64,000 nt of DNA from Flavobacteriales bacterium (GTDB lineage Bacteria; Bacteroidota; Bacteroidia; Palsa-965). The notes under the pieces were generated by a model. The model saw only the letters and a program-made list of their open reading frames with translations, ran no database searches and had not been told where the DNA came from. This document shows, one piece after another, positions 58,016-64,000 of this stretch; the stretch's first letter is position 1; every line of letters starts with the position of its first letter. A program made the position numbers and the translations under genes. Location: assembly GCA_040377305.1 (NCBI GenBank), contig JBEIPA010000001.1, positions 96,001 through 160,000 on the forward strand. The letters run 5' to 3'.

Positions 58016-58879
58016 TTATTTAGACCAGGAGAATTTATCTCCTTTGAAAATTTTATCGAGCACAGGAACGAGTGGTGACAAGAAGAACAATGCCCACACT
58101 GGAGGCGCAGAATACACCCACCATTTCGTTGCCATGTAGTATGCCAGAATGCCAACTCCAACAGCCCATATCAATCGTGCTTTTTGTGAAGCAGGAGTCT
58201 GAACCGGATCAGTGATCATGAAGAAGGTGAAGAGCAGCAACGAACCGTTCGTTAATTGATGCGTAAAGAAATCCATCGGCCAACCGAGGTAAAGAATGTT
58301 GCGCGCAAACATTAACCCGAGGAACGTAAGCAAGAATGCAAACGCTGTATCGAGACGTTTAACGCGCAACAGCACAACCAAACCTGTAAGGCCTACAACA
58401 AACAACAACAAACCGTCACTTCCCCACTGTCCAGGAGAAATCCATGAGTCACCTGTAAGCAGGACTGTTACACAGATTCCAAAGTTTGTTGGATTGAAAA
58501 TATGTTTGCCATTATATTTTAAAAAGAACTTGCTTCCGATGGAGAGCACTGCACACAACACGAATGTCCACACACTGTTTGCCTGCATCATCAAACAGAT
58601 ACTCATTGCACTTACGAGTGCACTCTTGAGTCCTGTCCAATCTTTCGTCTTGAACTGTATCCAAAGTGCCTGCACTGCGAGACAAGAAAGAATCACGATG
58701 TTCACCCGCATGATTGGGATCGTCCAATCCAACACGAAAATCCCGTACAACAGGAAAGACAGTTGGAACAGAATCTGATAATGGCGGGCATCACTTCGAA
58801 ACCATTCGAGAACGTTAGTTACGGGCTTAATCGCCGTTTTTAGGGCGTTTTGGGCGACGGGTAGAGATTGAGTTTCCAT
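58016..58879 (-). CDS. RnfD/NqrB-family (UnbU-like) integral membrane protein, stand-alone
   Basis: DARHYQI, SKFFL...KHIFNPTNFG, WISPGQWG and FFMITDPVQTP; about 9-10 TM segments. Start METQSL at 58879; the upstream extension is translated heptamer repeat. Confidence 0.8.
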   Translation of the reverse strand: METQSLPVAQNALKTAIKPVTNVLEWFRSDARHYQILFQLSFLLYGIFVLDWTIPIMRVNIVILSCLAVQALWIQFKTKDWTGLKSALVSAMSICLMMQANSVWTFVLCAVLSIGSKFFLKYNGKHIFNPTNFGICVTVLLTGDSWISPGQWGSDGLLLFVVGLTGLVVLLRVKRLDTAFAFLLTFLGLMFARNILYLGWPMDFFTHQLTNGSLLLFTFFMITDPVQTPASQKARLIWAVGVGILAYYMATKWWVYSAPPVWALFFLSPLVPVLDKIFKGDKFSWSK

Positions 58880-59087
58880 TGGATTAGTATTAATTCCGCA
58901 AGTAGGATGCGGGGCTTTAGCTGATTCCATAAAAGGTACAAAAAAAGATGGGAGTCGGGAGATGGGAGACGGGAGTGAAAAGCTGCAGGGCCAACGCGAT
59001 TGCATTGGAATCATTGATTTCCAAATTCATGGCGAATAATTAGATGCCGGATATGCGTCTTCCTACTCCCGTCTCCGATCTCCTAAC

Positions 59088-59555
59088 TCAATACTCGTCT
59101 GCTTTCAACACTTTCTTCACCCGTGAGCCTTCTTCATTGAAGCACTGCACATAATACACGCCGACCGGAAACCCGCGGAAGTCAACCTGGAAAAGCTGAT
59201 GCGTGTTTACGAAAAATCCATAGCTGTAGTATTCTTTTCCGAAGCGATCAAACACTTTTACGTAAACCACTCCCGGAACCTTTACCCAGATGTCCATTGT
59301 AATTAAATCGACTGGGGGATTCGGTGTGTACCAGAAATCTATCGGATCGCAAATGGTGTTGGAGTTCCAGTATGTTAATCCTGCATTGTTCGAAAAGCAA
59401 TCATTCTGATAGGTGAATCCATCGCAACCACAAACCGGTTCGTAGCGCGGATCACAATAACCCCCGTATACAACTTGTGTAGAGTCGTAACACCCTTGCG
59501 CTTTCGCAAAATGACATACGACAATCAACAATACCGCAAAAGTCCAACGGATCAT
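59088..59555 (-). CDS. Kazal-like domain protein with T9SS CTD
   Basis: Signal peptide AKA-Q; CDPRYEPVCGCDGFTYQNDC; YTPNPP...VFDRFG...GVYYVQ...KKVLK. Confidence 0.8.
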   Translation of the reverse strand: MIRWTFAVLLIVVCHFAKAQGCYDSTQVVYGGYCDPRYEPVCGCDGFTYQNDCFSNNAGLTYWNSNTICDPIDFWYTPNPPVDLITMDIWVKVPGVVYVKVFDRFGKEYYSYGFFVNTHQLFQVDFRGFPVGVYYVQCFNEEGSRVKKVLKADEY

Positions 59556-59676
59556 GGTTTAAAGATACGAAGTCATTGAGTCAGGACGAACACTTACTCA
59601 ATGAAAGTGCACACAAAAACAAACTGTACAATGTTAAAATGCATCCGATCGTTATTTGTAGTAAACCCACTGCCCT

Positions 59677-60408
59677 ATGAACCGCTACCTGTTTGTGCTG
59701 TGCGCACTCCTCTCCTGCTCTGCTGCTAAAGAAAGCCCTGCGAGAACTTTTCAGAAGAAACTCGATAAAATGTCGGTTACCGAAGTGAATGAAACCTACA
59801 CTTCTATCTGTGACCGGCTCGAAGTGAGCAGAAAATCAATGGCCGCCGAATTAAAAAAAGCGACGACTAAAGATGCCAGAACAAAAATCTACGAGCGTGC
59901 GCGACAATTGCTTATCACGACTTTATCGGATAGTATGTTCGTGTGTTGGTATGGAACGGAGTGGGACTTTAACGGAATAACAACTCAACCACGAACAGGA
60001 GAAATTGCCTGTGGATATTTCGTAACGACATTAGTCGAAGATGCGGGATTCAAAATCGGTCGTGTGGAACTTGCACAATGCGCCTCGCAATCCATGATTA
60101 ACACACTATGTCCTGCAGCCGACAGAAAAGTGATCACCGGAGGAAAAGTCGATAAAGTGAAAGAACACCTGCTCGCCAAAGATGACGGCATCTTCATTAT
60201 CGGTCTTGATTCACATACAGGTTTTGTTGTGAAGAAAGGCACGGAACTGCGCGTAGTGCATTCCAATTACACCATGGCATCGGATGGAGTGATGAGTGAA
60301 CCATTCGACAACTCCTCTGTTATTCAGAATAACGGCTATTTCGTTATCGGGGATTTTATGAACAGCGATAGCACCATGATCAAATGGCTGAATGGAACGG
60401 ACTACTAA
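59677..60408 (+). CDS. Lipoprotein with probable NlpC/P60-like (papain-fold) domain
   Basis: Lipobox LLSC; YGTEWDFNG, IACGYFVTT..EDAG and DSHTGFV...VHS. Confidence 0.6.
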   Translation: MNRYLFVLCALLSCSAAKESPARTFQKKLDKMSVTEVNETYTSICDRLEVSRKSMAAELKKATTKDARTKIYERARQLLITTLSDSMFVCWYGTEWDFNGITTQPRTGEIACGYFVTTLVEDAGFKIGRVELAQCASQSMINTLCPAADRKVITGGKVDKVKEHLLAKDDGIFIIGLDSHTGFVVKKGTELRVVHSNYTMASDGVMSEPFDNSSVIQNNGYFVIGDFMNSDSTMIKWLNGTDY

Positions 60409-60518
60409 ACGAATTGAATACGTAAGCCAGTGCAGTGATTAACTTTTCACGTGCAACCGGCTAGCGTAATAATAAATCCGTTGCGAATTCGGTGCGAAGA
60501 ATTCTGTAATTTTAGCAG

Positions 60519-61223
60519 ATGAGAAAAGTTGTTGCTCTTGCATTCTGTCTGATTGTTTTGTGGAGCTGTCGCAAAGAAGACACGACAAACGAGCGCTATC
60601 CCGTGACGCAACATTACTATCTCTATTACAATTCTTTCACGGATAGTACCACATTCAAAGCAACATTTTATCATCGCGACACTAAAACAATGCTGCCTTC
60701 CGGATATTCAATAACGGTGAATGATTCGGTGATGCCTATGTTACAGAATCCGGCTCAGCCAGTGAATCCTTCCACCGGACCGAATTATTATTACGAACGT
60801 CGTGAAGCCGGATCAAGCGGCGCCATTTTCAAATTCAGACGGCCCGACGGCTCTGTAGTACCGAATACAATTCCGGCAAACTATGTGCAGTCGATTACGT
60901 TTGATTCTATATTCACCGCAATATCAAGATCTGATACTTTATTCATTCTGGTTGTTACAGACACATTGAACACAGATGAATCAATTACAGTTTCAATTTA
61001 TCAGGACGATAACCACTTTACATATGAGACGATTGCGTGGCAGCCCGGTGATTCGGTAATTACGATATTCCCATCACAAATGTCAACCCTGTTTACAGGC
61101 CCGGCCGATATTACCATAAGTCGCAACAGTCCGGTATTGCCGCTTCAACTCTCAGACGGACTTGCCTCCGGAGATATGCGCGCCGTTGTATTTGCAACGC
61201 AAGAAGTCAGCATTGTTCAGTAG
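60519..61223 (+). CDS. Hypothetical lipoprotein
   Basis: Lipobox LWSC; beta-rich; no family recognised. Confidence 0.7.
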   Translation: MRKVVALAFCLIVLWSCRKEDTTNERYPVTQHYYLYYNSFTDSTTFKATFYHRDTKTMLPSGYSITVNDSVMPMLQNPAQPVNPSTGPNYYYERREAGSSGAIFKFRRPDGSVVPNTIPANYVQSITFDSIFTAISRSDTLFILVVTDTLNTDESITVSIYQDDNHFTYETIAWQPGDSVITIFPSQMSTLFTGPADITISRNSPVLPLQLSDGLASGDMRAVVFATQEVSIVQ

Positions 61224-61228
61224 ATCAA

Positions 61229-62245
61229 TTAAACCCGCACCCCTAACAACAGGATGTCGTCGGTTTGCTGATGACCTTTCATCCAGTCATCCATGCGGCT
61301 TTTGACAGTACGTAATTGATCAGACGGCGAAGTGCGAGAAATTTCCTCCAGCATCTTTTTCATTCTTTCCTTCTGAAATTTCTTTCCGTCGGGACCACCA
61401 AACTGATCGGGAATTCCATCGCTACTCATGTAGAACATATCGCCTGCTCCAAGTGCAATACGATGAGTTGGCGGCGGAGACTTTACGTGATCCTGCATGG
61501 AACCGACAGAACATTTCATTCCCTTTGTTTCCTGTAATGCGCCATTCGAAACGATAAGCAACGATGTCCCGGCACCAGCATAAGTCAACTCACGTGACAT
61601 GCGATCGTAAATGCACAGCCCTACTTCCATTCCATCATTCAGCTCATTGTGTGCACGCTGCTGCCCGAGCGAATCTTTCACTTCCGCATTCATTGCATCT
61701 ATAATCTGTGAAGGATCGAGGCTCCCTGTTTTCTCCAATGCATTGCGTAAAGCGTTATGTCCGATGAACGTGAGAAACGCTCCGGGAACTCCATGGCCCG
61801 TACAGTCGATTGCCGCAATCACAACTTTTCCTTTGTGCTCCTGCACGAAGTAAAAATCTCCGCCAACTATATCGCGTGGACGCAGGTAGAAAAAACTTTC
61901 AGGTAGAATTTTTTGTAAGTCATCTGCTTCCGGTTCCAGTGCCTTTTGCAATCGGCTTGCATACCGAATGCTATCGAGAATATCCTTATTCTGTTCCTCG
62001 ATTACTTTGTTCTTTTCCTGCAATTGCTTAGCAGTTTTGCTCTTCAATCGGAAGCGGCTCCATGCAAATAATCCGGCGACAATTACACCGCCGAAAATTG
62101 CGAGGAAAAAATTCCGGTGTACGGAAGGATAACACACGAACTCATGCTCTTCACCGGAGAACGCGCCGAAAACTCCGCCTTCAGCAAAAAGCGTTACAGG
62201 TAAGACAGAAAACAGAACCAGGAAATATTTGAATGATCGCAGCAT
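61229..62245 (-). CDS. Membrane-anchored SpoIIE/PP2C-type phosphatase
   Basis: DSIRYASRLQ, VGGDFY, DCTGHGVPGA, SDGIPDQFGG and QTDDILL. Alternative GTG start at 62251. Confidence 0.9.
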   Translation of the reverse strand: MLRSFKYFLVLFSVLPVTLFAEGGVFGAFSGEEHEFVCYPSVHRNFFLAIFGGVIVAGLFAWSRFRLKSKTAKQLQEKNKVIEEQNKDILDSIRYASRLQKALEPEADDLQKILPESFFYLRPRDIVGGDFYFVQEHKGKVVIAAIDCTGHGVPGAFLTFIGHNALRNALEKTGSLDPSQIIDAMNAEVKDSLGQQRAHNELNDGMEVGLCIYDRMSRELTYAGAGTSLLIVSNGALQETKGMKCSVGSMQDHVKSPPPTHRIALGAGDMFYMSSDGIPDQFGGPDGKKFQKERMKKMLEEISRTSPSDQLRTVKSRMDDWMKGHQQTDDILLLGVRV

Positions 62246-62279
62246 TTGCACGTATTTTTGAAAGCCTCAAGTTAAGTGT

Positions 62280-63437
62280 ATGCAACGGATTTCAAAAGAA
62301 CAAGCACAATCAATTCTCCTTTCGGCACAAGGTTTCTCCAAACCCAATGCATTCGGAAAAGGCATTGCAGGTGCACACGAAACTGTTCAGCATCTCGGTT
62401 ATGTTCAACTTGACACACTTGCAGTAGTAGCCCGTGCACACCACCATACGCTCTGGTCACGAAACAACTTGTACAACGAAGAAAATCTGCATCAACTTCT
62501 CCGCGAAGGAAAAGTATTCGAATACTGGAGCCATGCAGCTTCTTATTTGCCCATGGACGATTTCAGGTTTTCATTGCCGCGAAAAGCACTATACCTCTCC
62601 GGACATTCACACTGGTTTTCGAAGAATAAGAAACTGATGAAGTATGTGCTGGATCGGATTCGTGCAGAAGGTCCGTTGCAGTCGAAAGATTTTGCAAGCG
62701 ACCGGAAGCGTGGAAGTTGGTGGGACTGGAAACCAGCAAAGATTGCACTTGAGCAGTTGTTCATGGAAGGTTCTCTCATGGTCAAATGGCGGAATGGATT
62801 CCAGAAAGTGTACGATCTCACCGAACGCGTTGTTCCTTCCCATGTTGAATGCACCAAACCTTCGAACAATGAATACGCAGAATATCTTGTGCGTTTCAAC
62901 CTGCGCGCCCTGGGAGTCGCTACTCTGAAAGATTTCACACATCTGCGTCGCGGAATGCAAAGCACGGTTGCACTAGCTGTGAAGCGCATGATCGCAAGCG
63001 GCGAAATTACTGAGCTGCAAATCGAAGGCTTAAAAGAATCATGGTTCGCTTTTCCGGCAACACTGAAGGTGAAACAGAAATCACCGAAAGGAACTTTTAT
63101 CCTGAGTCCGTTCGACAACCTTGTGATACGACGCGAACGCCTGCAAAAGCTGTTCGGCTGGGAATTCAATCTTGAATGCTATTTGCCCGAACACAAGCGA
63201 AAATTCGGCTACTTCTGTCTACCGGTTTTGCACAACGGAGAATTTGCAGGCATGTTCGATCCGAAAGCAGATCGTGCAACAAACATATTTCACGTAAAGA
63301 AGCTGCATTTGAATATTAAGCCTTCTGCTGAATTCAGATCGTCCTTCCTGAAATCGCTGGAAGATTTCTCCGCATTCAACAACTGCGACCGGATTGTATT
63401 TGACAGACGTAGCGACAAGAAGTTGATTACTCCATAA
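62280..63437 (+). CDS. ycaQ: YcaQ/AlkZ-family winged-helix DNA glycosylase (crosslink repair)
   Basis: VQLDTLAVVARAH (QxD), FEYWSH, WWDWKPAK, LSPFDNLV and ECYLPEHKRKFGYF. Confidence 0.88.
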   Translation: MQRISKEQAQSILLSAQGFSKPNAFGKGIAGAHETVQHLGYVQLDTLAVVARAHHHTLWSRNNLYNEENLHQLLREGKVFEYWSHAASYLPMDDFRFSLPRKALYLSGHSHWFSKNKKLMKYVLDRIRAEGPLQSKDFASDRKRGSWWDWKPAKIALEQLFMEGSLMVKWRNGFQKVYDLTERVVPSHVECTKPSNNEYAEYLVRFNLRALGVATLKDFTHLRRGMQSTVALAVKRMIASGEITELQIEGLKESWFAFPATLKVKQKSPKGTFILSPFDNLVIRRERLQKLFGWEFNLECYLPEHKRKFGYFCLPVLHNGEFAGMFDPKADRATNIFHVKKLHLNIKPSAEFRSSFLKSLEDFSAFNNCDRIVFDRRSDKKLITP

Positions 63438-63440
63438 AAC

Positions 63441-63471
63441 AAAACGCCGCGAATTTCTTCACGGCGTTTTT
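63441..63471. terminator. Bidirectional intrinsic terminator
   Basis: AAAACGCCGCGAA / TTCACGGCGTTTT. Confidence 0.7.
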
Positions 63472-63528
63472 CATTATACGATTATTAGTTATCGCCAGTC
63501 GCAGATTGAAACCGCGCGGCAGTCCAAA

Positions 63529-63999
63529 CTATTTCTGAAGAATCACTTTCTCGTGCTGCTTCAAATCTCCTGCAGTAATTACGATTGTATATGCACCGTC
63601 TGCGAGTCCTGAAAGATCCAGTTGCGTAACCTGACTTCCGTTCGATCCGCTGTTTTCTTTCTTCGCCATTACAATACGTCCGGTTGCGTCCATCACTTCG
63701 TATGTGATTCCTTCCGAAGAAGAAGGCGTTACGATCGTGATCAGACTTGTCGTCGGATTCGGGTAAAGCTGAACAGGGAATGACGCATTGTGATCATTCA
63801 CTCCATTCACGATAAGATCTTCGAGGTTCGACTCAGACGTATTGATGTTGCGCGTTGGTGTACAACTCACTTGCCAAACCGTTTGGATACGGTAGCGACA
63901 TTGCGTTACGGTAACTGGCGGTGTCCAATCCGTATACACGAAGTTGGTTCCCGGTACAGAGTCAATCACTTCCCAGTTACCCGCGAGTGTTGAATCACG
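63529..63999 (-). CDS. C-terminal part of a T9SS-secreted protein (gene continues beyond the window)
   Basis: Frame open to the window edge; LYPNPTT...MDATGRIV...LDLSGLADGAYTI...KVILQK. Confidence 0.85.
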   Translation of the reverse strand, partial: RDSTLAGNWEVIDSVPGTNFVYTDWTPPVTVTQCRYRIQTVWQVSCTPTRNINTSESNLEDLIVNGVNDHNASFPVQLYPNPTTSLITIVTPSSSEGITYEVMDATGRIVMAKKENSGSNGSQVTQLDLSGLADGAYTIVITAGDLKQHEKVILQK

Positions 64000-64000
64000 C

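Noticed and set aside
58016-58879. Assigning rnfD or nqrB as part of a respiratory complex
   Set aside because: No other Rnf/Nqr subunits are adjacent and the protein is shorter than canonical subunits, so no gene symbol was given.
62543-63169. 208-aa minus-strand ORF
   Set aside because: It lies entirely antisense to the well-supported ycaQ gene and has no recognisable motifs.

Overview
Bacteroidota chromosomal DNA, judged from repeated TAnnTTTG -7 promoter elements, several T9SS C-terminal domains, a TonB-dependent receptor and WG-repeat proteins. There are about 52 CDS and no rRNA, intact tRNA, CRISPR array or phage. Ordinary content includes pcrA, dacB, ycaQ, a DHS-like enzyme, an M2 peptidase, M23/LysM peptidases, a four-gene two-component block and an ECF sigma factor. 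Four loci stand out. (1) At the left edge, a carrier protein, a stand-alone adenylation enzyme with a proline-type code and a prolyl-carrier-type dehydrogenase sit in an operon with an MBOAT-SGNH fusion instead of a PKS/NRPS, suggesting Dlt/AlgI-style export of a pyrrole-2-carbonyl (or pyrroline) group onto a surface polymer. (2) An RnfD/NqrB-like membrane gene is followed by four tandem DUF2330 paralogs that are highly similar except for one 32-35 aa hypervariable loop and are separated by octamer-repeat hairpins. (3) An intact RAYT-like HUH protein has lost both catalytic motifs and is accompanied by a 10-bp tandem array and a dispersed GACCCTTTGGGGG motif. (4) A lamin-tail protein, TonB receptor and endonuclease I form a probable nucleic-acid scavenging locus. 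Intergenic DNA holds several families of short inverted-repeat elements, some of which supply stop codons or abut promoters. All calls come from reading motifs by eye; no database searches were run.
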